A stretch of DNA of 64,000 nt, taken from an uncultured Methylomirabilota bacterium (GTDB lineage: Bacteria > Methylomirabilota > Methylomirabilia > Methylomirabilales > 2-02-FULL-66-22). The stretch covers positions 1,184,001 to 1,248,000 of the forward strand of contig CAWJSJ010000002.1 in assembly GCA_963845565.1 (NCBI GenBank), given 5' to 3'. A model generated the notes under the pieces. The model did no database searches. It was not told the DNA's origin and was given only the letters and a program-made list of their open reading frames with translations. The position numbers were made by a program, and so were the translations under genes. Positions 28,661-39,400 of the stretch are shown here, one piece after another. The first letter of the stretch is position 1. Each line of letters starts with the position of its first letter.

Positions 28661-29488
28661 CTACCTCCCTGCGTAGCCAAGCCGCGCCGAGAGCTTGGCG
28701 GCGGCCTCTCGGACCAGGGCCGCAAGGGTCGGAATCCGGTCCTTCGGGATGCGGGTGGCAGGACCCGACACGCTCAATGAGGCAACGACCCGGCCAGAGT
28801 GATCGCGGATGGGAACTGCCACGCAACGGACGTCGGGCTGGTGCTCCATGTTGTCCACGGCGTAGCCCTGGGCCCGGACCTGGGCGAGTTCCCTGCGCAG
28901 CCGCTCCGGATCGGTGATTGTCTGTCGAGTATGTTTCGCCAATCCCAGCCGACATACGTGTTCCACCGTACTGTCCGGTTGATGCGCAAGGAGGGCCTTT
29001 CCCACCCCGGTACAGTAGGCGGGCGCGCCCTTGCCGATGGTGATGTTCGATGCGAGGCCGTGCGGCGAGTCCATCTTCTCGATAGAGACGACCTGGGAGC
29101 CGTCGAACACGCCGAGGTGTACCGTCTCGCCGGTCTCGCGCACCAATTCCTCGATACAGGGCAGGGCTTCGCGATGGACCTCCAGGTTGGCGAGGACCAT
29201 GCTCCCCAACTCCAGGAGTTTGAGCCCCAACCGGTAGAGATCTCGATCCCCTTCCTGCTCCACGATTCCAACCGTCCGCAGGGTGGTGAGGATGCGGTGG
29301 GCCGTGCTGAGCGGGAGTCCAACCTTGCGTGCGATGTCGGTGAGGGGAAGCCGCGGCTCCTGGAGCGAGAAACACTCCAAGACGCGAATCGCTTTGCGGA
29401 GGGATTTGAGGCCCTCGGCGCCGGACTCCTGTGCGGGAACGCGCTGTGTTGCCCGCCCCGCGATCCGTTGTGGGATCATCCGGCCCAT
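28661..29488 (-). CDS. IclR family transcriptional regulator (start uncertain)
   Basis: HTH LTDIARKVGLPLSTAHRIL, TGETVHL, YCTGVGKALLA, GYAVD, CVAVPI. Confidence 0.9.
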   Translation of the reverse strand: MGRMIPQRIAGRATQRVPAQESGAEGLKSLRKAIRVLECFSLQEPRLPLTDIARKVGLPLSTAHRILTTLRTVGIVEQEGDRDLYRLGLKLLELGSMVLANLEVHREALPCIEELVRETGETVHLGVFDGSQVVSIEKMDSPHGLASNITIGKGAPAYCTGVGKALLAHQPDSTVEHVCRLGLAKHTRQTITDPERLRRELAQVRAQGYAVDNMEHQPDVRCVAVPIRDHSGRVVASLSVSGPATRIPKDRIPTLAALVREAAAKLSARLGYAGR

Positions 29489-29561
29489 GCCTCTTAGTCT
29501 CCGAAGTGCGGCGTCTGCGTCAGCACGGCGACAGCAACAGGGCGTCAGGGAGAAAACTGGT

Positions 29562-29625
29562 TTCCGTATAGTGGAAGTCACTTCCTATATATGAAACATA
29601 CACGAACACACGAGGGGTGTGTCAA
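29562..29625 (-). promoter_or_regulatory. tandem IclR-type operators with TTGACA promoter
   Basis: TTCCGTATAGTGGAA and TTCCTATATATGAAA; minus-strand TTGACA at 29620-29625. Confidence 0.55.
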
Positions 29626-29838
29626 GCGCTTTGTAGCTTTGGGATCGGCTGCCATTGCGTACCGTCGTTTTTCCCGCGTGCTCCGGCCTCGTCCGCGGAC
29701 GGGGCCTCTTGCCGGCTTGCGAAACCGGGCGTCTTGGGTGAGAATGGCGACCTGCCGACGCGAATCGGGGCTGTCGGCGTGGACGGAAGGCGGGTTGCCC
29801 CGGCGCCGCTGTGCCGTGCAGGAAACGCAGGAGGCCGT

Positions 29839-31422
29839 ATGACCCCCAGTCCCGTGACGCCGGAGATTCAAGTCTCTCCCGCTCCCTATCAGGTTCCACA
29901 AGCATTCAGTCTGGTGATCTTTGGTGCGTCGGGAGACCTCACGCGGCGCAAGCTGTTCCCCGCACTCTACGCGCTGGCACACGACAACCTGTTGCCCGAA
30001 CGTTTCGCGGTGGTCGGGTTTGCCCGCCGCGAGAAGAGCCACGAGGCCTTCCGGGCGGAGATCCGCGCCGCCGTCGATGAGTTCTCGCGGCTGCGGCCCG
30101 CACGGCCGGAGATCTGGGACCGGCTGGCCCAGGGCATCTATTACGTGCCGGCAGCCTTTGAGGACCCGGCCGGGTACGCGGCGCTGGGTAAGCAGTTGGC
30201 CGAGGTGGAGGCGCGGTACGGGACCTGCGGGAACCGCATGTACTACCTGGCCACGCCGCCGGCGAGCTACACGACGGTGGTGGCTCAACTCGGGGCGGCG
30301 AAGCTCGTCAGCGAGCCCTGGCCGGAACTGTCGAGCCCCGACTGGCCGTGCTGGAGCCGCGTCATCGTGGAGAAGCCGTTCGGCCACGACCTGGCCACGG
30401 CGGTTGCGCTGAACGCGGAGATCCACAAGGTCTTCCACGAGACGCAGGTCTATCGGATCGATCACTACCTGGGGAAGGAGACGGTCCAGAACATCCTTAC
30501 CTTCCGCTTCGGCAACAGCATCTTCGAGCCGCTCTGGAATCGGCGGTACGTGGATCACGTGCAGCTCCTGGTCGGCGAGGACCTGGGCGTGGAGGGGCGC
30601 GGCGGGTACTACGACACGGCGGGCGCGATGCGGGATATGGTGCAGAACCACATGCTCCAGCTCCTGTCCCTGGTCGCCATGGAGCCGCCGGCGACGTTCG
30701 ACGCCGAGGCGGTACGGGACGAGAAAGTCAAGGTGTTGCGCGCGATCCGGCCGATGGACGCCGCACGGGTGGCCGACGCGGCGGTGCGCGGGCAGTATGT
30801 CCGCGGGACGCTGCGGGGCAAGCGCGTGGCCGCCTATGCGGACGAGCCACGCGTGGCCGAGGACACCACCACTGAAACTTACGCCGCCCTCCGGTTGGAG
30901 GTGGACAACTGGCGCTGGGCCGGCGTGCCCTTCTACCTGCGGACGGGAAAGGCGCTGCCGAAACAGGTCACGGAGGTGACGATCCAGTACCGGCGGCCTC
31001 CGCTTCGCCTCTTCGAACACGCTCCGCATCCGGGCCACCATCCGGGGGACGAAATCGAGCCCAATCGTCTGACCCTGCGGATCCAGCCCGACGAGGGGAT
31101 CTCCCTTCGCGTGGGGCTGAAGCCGCCGGGTCCGCGCATCAGCCTGGTCCCCGCCCGCCTCGGCTTCGCCTACCGGGATACCTTCGGCGTGGACCCTACC
31201 GAGGCCTATGAACGCCTGCTGCTGGACTGCATGCTGGGGGACTCGACGCTCTTCATCCGTCGGGACGAAGTGGAGACGGCTTGGGGCCTGGTGACACCGA
31301 TCCTGCAGGCGTGGGAGGCCGCCGGCCGCGACGGGCTGGCGTACTACCCGGCGGGGAACTGGGGCCCGACCGAGGCGGAGCGCTTTATTCAGGCGACCGG
31401 ACGCGCGTGGGTGAATCCGTAA
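29839..31422 (+). CDS. zwf: glucose-6-phosphate 1-dehydrogenase
   Basis: GASGDLT, EKPFG, RIDHYLGKE, DMVQNH, WAGVPFYLRTGK. Confidence 0.97.
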   Translation: MTPSPVTPEIQVSPAPYQVPQAFSLVIFGASGDLTRRKLFPALYALAHDNLLPERFAVVGFARREKSHEAFRAEIRAAVDEFSRLRPARPEIWDRLAQGIYYVPAAFEDPAGYAALGKQLAEVEARYGTCGNRMYYLATPPASYTTVVAQLGAAKLVSEPWPELSSPDWPCWSRVIVEKPFGHDLATAVALNAEIHKVFHETQVYRIDHYLGKETVQNILTFRFGNSIFEPLWNRRYVDHVQLLVGEDLGVEGRGGYYDTAGAMRDMVQNHMLQLLSLVAMEPPATFDAEAVRDEKVKVLRAIRPMDAARVADAAVRGQYVRGTLRGKRVAAYADEPRVAEDTTTETYAALRLEVDNWRWAGVPFYLRTGKALPKQVTEVTIQYRRPPLRLFEHAPHPGHHPGDEIEPNRLTLRIQPDEGISLRVGLKPPGPRISLVPARLGFAYRDTFGVDPTEAYERLLLDCMLGDSTLFIRRDEVETAWGLVTPILQAWEAAGRDGLAYYPAGNWGPTEAERFIQATGRAWVNP

Positions 31423-31502
31423 CGGGGTGGCGACCCTGACCCTACCGCCCCTGTCATTCACGATGCTGGCAGGCAGGTAAGACCAAGGGAGGGGAGCGCG
31501 GC

Positions 31503-32408
31503 GTGGACGCCAACCGGATCAGGGGCATTGCGCTGGTCCTCGCGGCGTCGGCTCTCTGGGGCGCCAGCGGCCCGTTGACGAAGATTCTCCGGCTGGACGG
31601 ATTCGACATCACTGACATCCTCGCGTGGCGATACCTCATCGGCTTCCTGAGTCTGACGGCCTTTTCAACTGTGCTGTCGAAGCCTCCCACCTTTCGGATC
31701 GGCTCCGCTCGGTTCAAGGCCGCCATCGTCATGGCCCTCTGTATCTTCGGGGTCAACGCGGCCTTCACGTGGAGCAATTTCTTCACGACGGTGGCCAACG
31801 CCATCGCCCTCAGCTTCACGGCGCCGCTCTTTGCCGCCGTCCTGGCCTGGATATTCCTCGGGGAGAAGGTCCGGGCATCTCACCAGGCGGCCATCGGCAT
31901 CGGGTTTGCCGGCGTCTGCATCTTCGTGTTCGGCGCGTACACCGGGGATGCGGAAACGCCGACGGCTCTCTCGCCAAACATCCCCTTGGGCAATGGCCTT
32001 GCGTTGCTTTCCGGGTTGCTGTTCGGCTGGTACTTTGTGATCGCCCGGAAGTTCGCGCAGCGGGATGGCGAGGTGATGGCAGGCACCATCTGGCAGTTCC
32101 TCATTCTCTCCATTCTGTTACTTCCACTGATGCCGCTCACGCTCTTCAAGGGGATCGCCGGTGTCGGCTATCTGCACCTAGTGGTATATAGCGCGTTGTG
32201 TACCGCCGCTCCCATTCTGATGCTGAACCTGTCCGGCCTGTACCTCAAGGCGCATGAGACCAGTATCCTGGCGCTGTCCGAGGTGCCCTTTTCCATCCTC
32301 ATCGGCATACTCATGGTGCGTGAATTCCCGTCCCTGCTATCGTGGACCGGCGTGGTTTTCATCCTGGCGGCCGGGTTCCTGGCAGCCATCAGACAGGGAC
32401 AGGGTTGA
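31503..32408 (+). CDS. DMT/EamA family transporter
   Basis: about 10 TM segments, two EamA-like repeats, FTAPLF...FLGEK. Confidence 0.85.
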   Translation: MDANRIRGIALVLAASALWGASGPLTKILRLDGFDITDILAWRYLIGFLSLTAFSTVLSKPPTFRIGSARFKAAIVMALCIFGVNAAFTWSNFFTTVANAIALSFTAPLFAAVLAWIFLGEKVRASHQAAIGIGFAGVCIFVFGAYTGDAETPTALSPNIPLGNGLALLSGLLFGWYFVIARKFAQRDGEVMAGTIWQFLILSILLLPLMPLTLFKGIAGVGYLHLVVYSALCTAAPILMLNLSGLYLKAHETSILALSEVPFSILIGILMVREFPSLLSWTGVVFILAAGFLAAIRQGQG

Positions 32409-32539
32409 TGCGCCATGCGGGGAGGGGGAGCGAGCGGCAGCAGGTCTGCGCCGCCTTTCCCGGCGTCCGTTTGGTGCGAAAGGCAATCGTCACGCACGGA
32501 TTCTGCTTGACGGGTCAGTGTGACGTGTGAGATTTGTTA

Positions 32540-32551
32540 ATTGTTGACAAT
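32540..32551. promoter_or_regulatory. GntR(FadR)-type operator-like palindrome
   Basis: ATTGTTGACAAT upstream of a GntR gene. Confidence 0.5.
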
Positions 32552-32680
32552 GCGCTTGGCGGCCTCGGCGGCCCTACTCTCGGGTCAGACCCTTCACGCG
32601 CCCCAAACCGCACCCGCGTTTTCCTGCGCACGTCCAGCGCAGGGCGCCCACGAATCGGAAGCCTCCTGCAGGAGTCTTCG

Positions 32681-33454
32681 ATGCCCGGGACGGTTCAGCG
32701 ATTGCGCCGGCTTCCGGCCGACCCTTCACCTCCAACCCTGGGGGGGCCGCTTTCCTTTCGCACACTCCCTGAACAGGTCGTCGCCAGGTTGCGTCATGCC
32801 ATCGTCACGGGGAAACTGCGCCCGGGTACCCGTCTTGTCGAAATGCGGATTGCAGAGCAAATGCAAACGAGCCGTGGTCCGGTTCGGGAGGCGATTGGCC
32901 TGCTCGAACGTGAGGGCCTAGTGGTTAAGGTCCCGCATCGAGGCGCATGCGTTCTGGAATTCGACCCACGGCTACTTCGGGAAGCGGCGAGCCTGCGGGG
33001 GAGATTGGAGGAGTTCGCGGTCTCCCTGGTGGTCCCACGCCTCGGGGCGGACGATCTGGCGCGACTGGAGTCGCTGGTACAGGGGATGGAGGACGCCGCA
33101 CGTCGCCACGCGGTCCAGGAATTCAATAACCTGGATTACCGATTCCACGACGCGATATTCCAGATAGCCGGCCACCACATCCTGCATGACGTCTGGCGCA
33201 GTATGCAGCGCAGGTTCCGCATCTTTCTCGCCTCGACGAACGCGATCAATCGGAATCTGAAGATGGTGGCTCAACGACATCGGGCCATATTGGTCGCTCT
33301 GGCGTCGCGCAAGCCGGCGGATGGTCGCCGAGCCATCCGGGGGCACTTTGCCTGGGTGGAGAAGGAGTTGGTGTTTCTCCTGGGTGCGCATGAGCCCCCC
33401 GAGCGCATGGGGCGCAGTCGGCGAAAGCGCAGCGCGCCGCAGGGCTCAGAGTAG
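32681..33454 (+). CDS. GntR family regulator (FCD domain)
   Basis: LRPGTRLVE...SRGPVREA...LEREGLV, FHDAI. Confidence 0.9.
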   Translation: MPGTVQRLRRLPADPSPPTLGGPLSFRTLPEQVVARLRHAIVTGKLRPGTRLVEMRIAEQMQTSRGPVREAIGLLEREGLVVKVPHRGACVLEFDPRLLREAASLRGRLEEFAVSLVVPRLGADDLARLESLVQGMEDAARRHAVQEFNNLDYRFHDAIFQIAGHHILHDVWRSMQRRFRIFLASTNAINRNLKMVAQRHRAILVALASRKPADGRRAIRGHFAWVEKELVFLLGAHEPPERMGRSRRKRSAPQGSE

Positions 33455-33595
33455 AGCGTTCGTGCCTCCGACCGGCCGCAACCTCACACGCGGGTGTCCT
33501 GGCCGTTCCCGGAGGCGTGTCTGCCGGCTGAATCCGACGGGAGATTCGGCTGTGTGGCGTCGTGCAGTGCCTGTCTGTTGAAAGGGGGATCCGAC

Positions 33596-34660
33596 ATGAG
33601 CAGGAAACGAGGAGTGGGAGTTGCTGTTGTCGCGCTGGTGATCGGTGTCGGCTTGATGTTCGGGGGGGCGGCGTGGGCCGGGCAACCCACGGTGGTGAAG
33701 GGCGGCCACCTGGAGATTCCCGGCAGCGGCCATGACGACCACTGGCAGGTCTTTGCGAATTTCGTGAATGAGACGAGCGGCGGTCGCCTGAAGGTCGAGG
33801 TCCATCCGGGCGGCCAGCTCGGCGGCGACTCGCGGCAGCTCTTCGAGTCGGTCAAGCTGGGTGTCAATCCCATCGGCCAAGGGGACGAGGGGGCGATGGG
33901 GAGTTTCTACCCGGCGCTCATGATTCTAGCCGTCCCCTACCTCATCCCGAATGAAGACGTGGGCTTCCGTTTCTACCAGAGCGCGTTTTTTACCAAGCTG
34001 AACGAAGGGTTGATCAAGCAGCAAGGCGTGCGGATGCTGTCGGCCGCATCCTTCGGCTTCCGCTGCTTTACCAACAATAAGAAGCCGATCAAGACCGTGG
34101 ACGACCTGAAAGGGATCAAGATGCGCGTCCAGCAGAACCCGCTCTACATGACAATGGTGCGCTCGATGGGCGGCTCTCCCACGCCGATATCCTGGGGCGA
34201 GCTGTACGGCGCATTGCAGCAGGGTGTGGTAGACGGCCAGGAGAATCCTCTGGGCGTCATCTACGACACCAAATTTTACGAGGTCCAGAAGTACGCCACC
34301 GTTGACAACCACGTCCTGGGTACCAACATGATCCTGGCCAACGAGAAGTGGTTCCAGGGCCTTCCGGCCGATTTGCGCCATATTCTGCTCACCGGCGCCA
34401 AGATGGGTGCCGTCGCGGAGAACGGGAAGCGCATGTTTGAAGCGCGGGTGACCATGGTTGACGCGCTGCGCAAGAAGGGCATGGAAGTGTACGTGCCGAC
34501 CCCGGCCGAAGTGGCGACGTTCCGCAAAGCGAGCCAGGGGCCGGTGTTGGAGTGGCTGGCAAAGCAGCCCGGCGTCGGGAAGGATTTGATCGATGGGGCC
34601 ATCAAAGCGGTCAAGGATGCCGAGACTGCCATTGCTCGCGAGGCGAATCCGGTGAAGTAG
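33596..34660 (+). CDS. dctP: TRAP transporter substrate-binding protein
   Basis: signal peptide, GGQLGGD, DLKGIKMRV, ALQQGVVDGQENP. Confidence 0.93.
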   Translation: MSRKRGVGVAVVALVIGVGLMFGGAAWAGQPTVVKGGHLEIPGSGHDDHWQVFANFVNETSGGRLKVEVHPGGQLGGDSRQLFESVKLGVNPIGQGDEGAMGSFYPALMILAVPYLIPNEDVGFRFYQSAFFTKLNEGLIKQQGVRMLSAASFGFRCFTNNKKPIKTVDDLKGIKMRVQQNPLYMTMVRSMGGSPTPISWGELYGALQQGVVDGQENPLGVIYDTKFYEVQKYATVDNHVLGTNMILANEKWFQGLPADLRHILLTGAKMGAVAENGKRMFEARVTMVDALRKKGMEVYVPTPAEVATFRKASQGPVLEWLAKQPGVGKDLIDGAIKAVKDAETAIAREANPVK

Positions 34661-34751
34661 CGCCGCCGACGTAAGTCGAGGCCCGGACGGCGGCGTGCGA
34701 GCGCGCATGCATTGCCGCCCGGGCCTCGGCGCCATCAAGGAGAACCCTGCG

Positions 34752-35255
34752 ATGCATGCACTTATCCGGGGCGCGGATCGCGCCCTTTACTGGTTCATCG
34801 TCCTGCAGGTCGCCGCCATGACCACGGTGGTCGTCCTGCAGGTCTTCAACCGATATGTCGTGAACTACGTGTTCGGCTGGGAAGAGGAGACCGCCCGGTA
34901 CCTGATGGTGTGGTCCTCGTTCCTGGCGGCGGCCTACGCGCTGCGAGAGGGAGAGCAGTTAGGCATGGAGTTCGTCATCAAGCGGCTGCCCGTCGTGGGG
35001 CAGCGGGCGCTGCGGACCCTGTGCCATCTGCTCGTGATGGCGTTCCTGAGCGTGGTGGCGTACCAGGGGCTCTTTGTCATGATGCCCCAACAGCTCGACC
35101 AGGTGTCACCGTCTCTCGGCATCACCATGGCCATCCCGTACGCGGCGATCCCGATCTCTGCGCTGATGTTGCTCGCCGTGGAGGTTCTGCTGCTCTGGCG
35201 AGAGTGGCACGGGAGGCCAATCACCCCGCCGTCCGCTGTTCCGCTCGAACTCTAG
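34752..35255 (+). CDS. dctQ: TRAP transporter small permease
   Basis: QVFNRY, WEEETARYLMVW, 4 TM. Confidence 0.9.
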   Translation: MHALIRGADRALYWFIVLQVAAMTTVVVLQVFNRYVVNYVFGWEEETARYLMVWSSFLAAAYALREGEQLGMEFVIKRLPVVGQRALRTLCHLLVMAFLSVVAYQGLFVMMPQQLDQVSPSLGITMAIPYAAIPISALMLLAVEVLLLWREWHGRPITPPSAVPLEL

Positions 35256-35270
35256 GAGGAGCCTGCGTCC

Positions 35271-36554
35271 ATGGTGCTCCAGACAATCACCGGGCTGTTC
35301 GTTCTGACGATGATCTCCGGCATGCCGGTTGCGCTCGCCATCGGGGTCACGGCCCTGGGAGGCGTTCTGGTCATGCAGGGGATTCCGCTGGTGGTGATCC
35401 CCCAGAAAATGTTCATCGGCACCGATGCCTTTCCCCTCCTCGCCATCCCCCTCTTCATTCTGGGCGGAGACCTGATGCTGCGAGGGGAGATCACCAAGGG
35501 GCTCCTACGTTTTGCCGATCTGATGGTTGGACGGATTCGCGGCGGGCTGGCCCACGCGACGATCTTTTCGTGCATGGTTTTCGCCGGCATCACTGGGTCG
35601 GCGGTGGCGGACGCCTCGGCCATCGGCTCCGTGATGATTCCCGCCATGCACTCCGCCGGCTATCCCAAGAACTATGCCGCCGCCGTCACCGCGTCGGCCT
35701 CCATCATGGGCCCCATCATCCCTCCAAGCCTGGTGATGGTCTTCTTCTCGCTGGTCACGGGCGCGTCTGTGGGCGGCCTCTTCATGGGCGGCGTGGTTCC
35801 AGGCATCCTCATCGCCGGCTCCCTGATGACCATCAACTACTTCATCAGCCGGAAGCACGGGTACCAGAAGCGCGAGACGTCGTATAGCTGGCCCGAGACC
35901 ATCAAGATCTGTCGGGATTCCATTTTGGTCTTGCTCATGCCCGTGATCATCGTGGGGGGAATCCTGGGCGGCATCTTCACGGCGACCGAGGCGGCCGGCG
36001 TGGGCGTGGTGTACGCGCTGGTCGTCGGGTTCCTGGTCCTGCGTACACTGAGGCTTCGCGACCTTCCCGAGATGTTGATGAATACCGCCAAGGTCACCTC
36101 GGTGGTCCTGCTGCTGCTGGCCACCACCAACGTGCTCAGCTGGATCGTGACGATGCAGAACGTACCACAGACGGCTTTGGCGTTCTTTACGAGCATCTCA
36201 AAAGACCCCCGCGTCTTCCTGCTTCTCTTCAATGCGTTGCTGCTCGTGACGGGATGCGTCATCGACACGGCCCCGGCCATTTTCCTGCTGGTGCCGATCT
36301 TCGCTCCCGTGGTCAAAGGTTATGGGATCGATCTCATTCACTTCGGCGTTCTGGTCACGGTGAACCTGTGTATCGGCCTGCTCACGCCGCCGGTGGGCTC
36401 CTGCATCTTCATCGCGAGCAGCCTAGCGAAGATCTCCATCGAAGAGCTTCTGAAACCTCTCTGGCCGTTTCTGATCGCAGAGATTGTGATCCTCTTGCTA
36501 ATCACGTACGTCCCGGCCACGGTGATGTTCCTTCCGCGGCTCCTGGGGTACTAG
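35271..36554 (+). CDS. dctM: TRAP transporter large permease
   Basis: LLAIPLFIL, GSAVAD, IIPPS, FTATEAA, LLTPPVG. Confidence 0.95.
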   Translation: MVLQTITGLFVLTMISGMPVALAIGVTALGGVLVMQGIPLVVIPQKMFIGTDAFPLLAIPLFILGGDLMLRGEITKGLLRFADLMVGRIRGGLAHATIFSCMVFAGITGSAVADASAIGSVMIPAMHSAGYPKNYAAAVTASASIMGPIIPPSLVMVFFSLVTGASVGGLFMGGVVPGILIAGSLMTINYFISRKHGYQKRETSYSWPETIKICRDSILVLLMPVIIVGGILGGIFTATEAAGVGVVYALVVGFLVLRTLRLRDLPEMLMNTAKVTSVVLLLLATTNVLSWIVTMQNVPQTALAFFTSISKDPRVFLLLFNALLLVTGCVIDTAPAIFLLVPIFAPVVKGYGIDLIHFGVLVTVNLCIGLLTPPVGSCIFIASSLAKISIEELLKPLWPFLIAEIVILLLITYVPATVMFLPRLLGY

Positions 36555-36610
36555 GCGCCGGCACCCGCCGGCTTGGCGCGTCGCGACTTCTGGATAGGAT
36601 GAGGAGTGCC

Positions 36611-37943
36611 ATGGACAACGCCACGAGTAAGAGCGAGGCCCTGTTCGATTTTGCCAGTCGATACATGGTGGCGGGGGTGTCAGGGTCGGCGCGGTTCAAC
36701 GCGGCCCTGGGGCGGCCCCTGTACCTGAGCCACGGCGACGGCTGTCGGCTCTACGACGTGGATGGGCGGGTGTACCTGGACTACAACCTGTCGCACGGCG
36801 CGACCTTTCTGGGCCATAACCATCCGGGGATCCGGAAAGCCATCGAGCAGGCCCTGGACATGGGCGTGATCTGCGCCTACGAGACGGAGCACCACAGCCG
36901 CCTGGCGGAATTGCTGTGTCGGACCGTGCCCTGCGCGGAGCAGATCCGGTTCGCCAATTCCGGCTCCGAGGCGACGCTGGCCGCTATCCGGGTGGCCCGT
37001 GCTGTGACGGGCCGGCAGAAGATTCTGAAGTTCGAGGGACACTTCCACGGGCTGCACGACTACGTGGTGTGGAACGCGCACGGTCCGGCCCGCGACACGC
37101 TGCCGACCTATCCCTATGTACCGCCACAGGTCGAATCGGCCGGCATCCCGCCGCAGATCGCCGACTTCGTGGTCGTCGTGCCCTGGAACGACCCGGAGGC
37201 GTTTGCTCAGGCCATGCGCGAGCACGGCTCCGAGCTGGCCGCGGTCATCTGCGAGCCGGTCAACTACAATTCCGGTTGTATCCCACCGCAGCCAGGGATG
37301 CTGGAGTTGCTCCGGAAGTTGACGACGCAGCACGGCGCGCTGCTCATCTTCGACGAGGTCCTGAGCTCCTTCCGCATGGCGGCGGGCGGTGCGCAGGAAT
37401 ACTACAAGGTGACGCCCGACCTGTGCACGCTGGCCAAGGCGGTGGCCAATGGCCTGCCGCTGGCGGTGGTGGCTGGTCGGAGAGAATACATGCAGGTGTT
37501 GAGTCCCCTGGGCCCCGCGGCGCATTCCGGGACCTATTCCGGCCATCTCTTCGCGGTCCTGGCGGCCCTCGCGTCGTTGGGGGAGATCACCCGGCCAGGG
37601 TTCTACGACCGGATCTTCGCGAACGCCGACCGACTCTACGCGGGGCTGACCGCGCTCTTCACCAGGCACGGCGTCCCGGCCCGGGTGCAGGGTCTCGGGG
37701 CCCGCTTCGGGATCTACTTCGGCGTCACCACCGAGGTCGCGAATTACCAGGATGCGGCCCGGATCGACGGTGACCTGGGTCTCCGCTTCATCCGGGCCTG
37801 CTTCGAGCGCGGGGTGTACTTCCACAACTACGGGAAGTTGGCGCTAGGTCACCATGGCTTCTCGGCCGCGCACACGCCGGCGGATATCGACGACACGCTT
37901 GAATCGAGTCGAGGATGCCCTCAAGGCGATGCGGACCGCCTGA
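36611..37943 (+). CDS. class-III PLP aminotransferase (GSA aminomutase-like), 1-bp frameshift near 37900
   Basis: NSGSEAT, KFEGHFHG, LIFDEV, LAKAVANG, HSGTYSG; natural end LNRVEDALKAMRTA* in another frame. Confidence 0.88.
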
Positions 37944-38133
37944 GAGGCGATCTGCGAGGGGGGCCGAGCAAGCGCGAGTTTGGCTTGACACCCCCCAGGC
38001 AGCCGATGCACATTACGCATCGGGCATCACGCGCTCGTCGCGCCCCACCTCTGCCGAGCGAAGTGTCCATCGCGCGCTGATCACCTCTGCGGGCCAGGTA
38101 TCGTGGCCAGCTCGACGTCAAGGAGCATATTCC

Positions 38134-39147
38134 ATGAGCACGCCGACGCGCATTTTTACCGAAGTGGACTACGAGAAGGATGGGAAGCAGGTCGGTTGGC
38201 TGCATCTCCCCTATTCGGTGACCCGTTCCGCCTACGGCAACATCGCCATACCCGTAGCGGTGATCAAGAACGGCGCCGGCCCCAGCGTCCTGCTCATGGC
38301 GGGGAATCACGGGGACGAGTACGAGGGGCAGGTCGGCCTCTGCAAGCTGATCCGGGCACTCGAACCGAAAGACGTTCGTGGCCGGGTCATCGCCGTTCCG
38401 GGAATCAACCTCCCCGCGGCCTTGGCCGGGGCTCGGGTGTCGCCCATCGACAACGTGAACTTCAACCGCGCCTTCCCCGGCGACCCGAACGGAACGCCCA
38501 CCTACGCGATTGCGCACTACGTCGACACTGTCCTCTTTCCCATGGTCAGCTTGTTCCTCGACCTGCACTCGGGGGGCTCCTCGCTCGATTACATCCCGTT
38601 TGTCTCGATGCGAACGAGCGGCGACGCGGCACTGGACGCCCGCGCGATGGCGGCGCTCAAGGCATTCGGGGCTCCGGTCAGCATGGTGTGGGCGCACACC
38701 CTGGACTCGGGATTCGCACAGACGGCGGCGCTCCGACGCGGCCTGGTGAGCCTGGGTGGGGAGTTCGGCGGCGGCGGTTCGGTGTCGCTGGACGGTCTGC
38801 GGATCGTCGAGCGTGGGCTCCGGCGATTCCTGGTCCATGCCGGGTGCATGGCCCCGGAATCGCTGCCGCCGGAATCGCTGCCGGCAACCCGTGTCGTGGA
38901 AGTGCGCAACCGCGACTACTTTGTGCTGGCCCCCGACGCCGGCCTGTTCGAGCCGTTCGTCGAGCTCGGGGAGACGGTCGAGGTCGGGCGGCCCTGCGGT
39001 CAGGTGCACTTCGTGGACAACCCCGGGCGAGAACCCGTGGCGGTTCGGTTCCGCGCGACAGGGACCGTGATCAGCAAGCGGCACTTCGGCCGGGTGGAAC
39101 GGGGCGATTGCGTGGCGCACTTGGCCACCGACTGGGCAGGCTGCTGA
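38134..39147 (+). CDS. succinylglutamate desuccinylase/aspartoacylase family (DoeB-like deacylase)
   Basis: AGNHGDEYEG, NFNRAFPG, DLHSGG, EFGGGG. Confidence 0.9.
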   Translation: MSTPTRIFTEVDYEKDGKQVGWLHLPYSVTRSAYGNIAIPVAVIKNGAGPSVLLMAGNHGDEYEGQVGLCKLIRALEPKDVRGRVIAVPGINLPAALAGARVSPIDNVNFNRAFPGDPNGTPTYAIAHYVDTVLFPMVSLFLDLHSGGSSLDYIPFVSMRTSGDAALDARAMAALKAFGAPVSMVWAHTLDSGFAQTAALRRGLVSLGGEFGGGGSVSLDGLRIVERGLRRFLVHAGCMAPESLPPESLPATRVVEVRNRDYFVLAPDAGLFEPFVELGETVEVGRPCGQVHFVDNPGREPVAVRFRATGTVISKRHFGRVERGDCVAHLATDWAGC

Positions 39148-39261
39148 AAAAGGCCCATCTGCGGCGTTGGCCCGCCTCGGCACTCGCTGCGACGTACCTC
39201 CAGTACGTCTCGCTCGGCCTTCGGCGAGCCGCCTTGCATCTGGACCTTTTTGAGCAGCCTG
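39137..39261 (+). mobile_element. palindromic MITE-like repeat, copy C
   Basis: CAGGCTGCTGAAAAAGGCCC...GGACCTTTTTGAGCAGCCTG; supplies the TGA stop of the upstream gene. Confidence 0.88.
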
Positions 39262-39400
39262 CTCGACCTCGGTGGCAGGCCAGGCATTTGGAGCCGTTCG
39301 GGGCGCTTGCGCGCCATCCCGTCGATGACGGATGCGGACAGATCGGCCAGGTGCGCCGGCCTGCGGACGTGAACCCAGCCACAGACAGAGGGAGGGACCC

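Noticed and set aside
36611..37943. Call as hemL
   Set aside because: It sits in a catabolic TRAP operon and diverges from HemL motifs (PGGVNSPVRAF, QAGTLSGNP absent).
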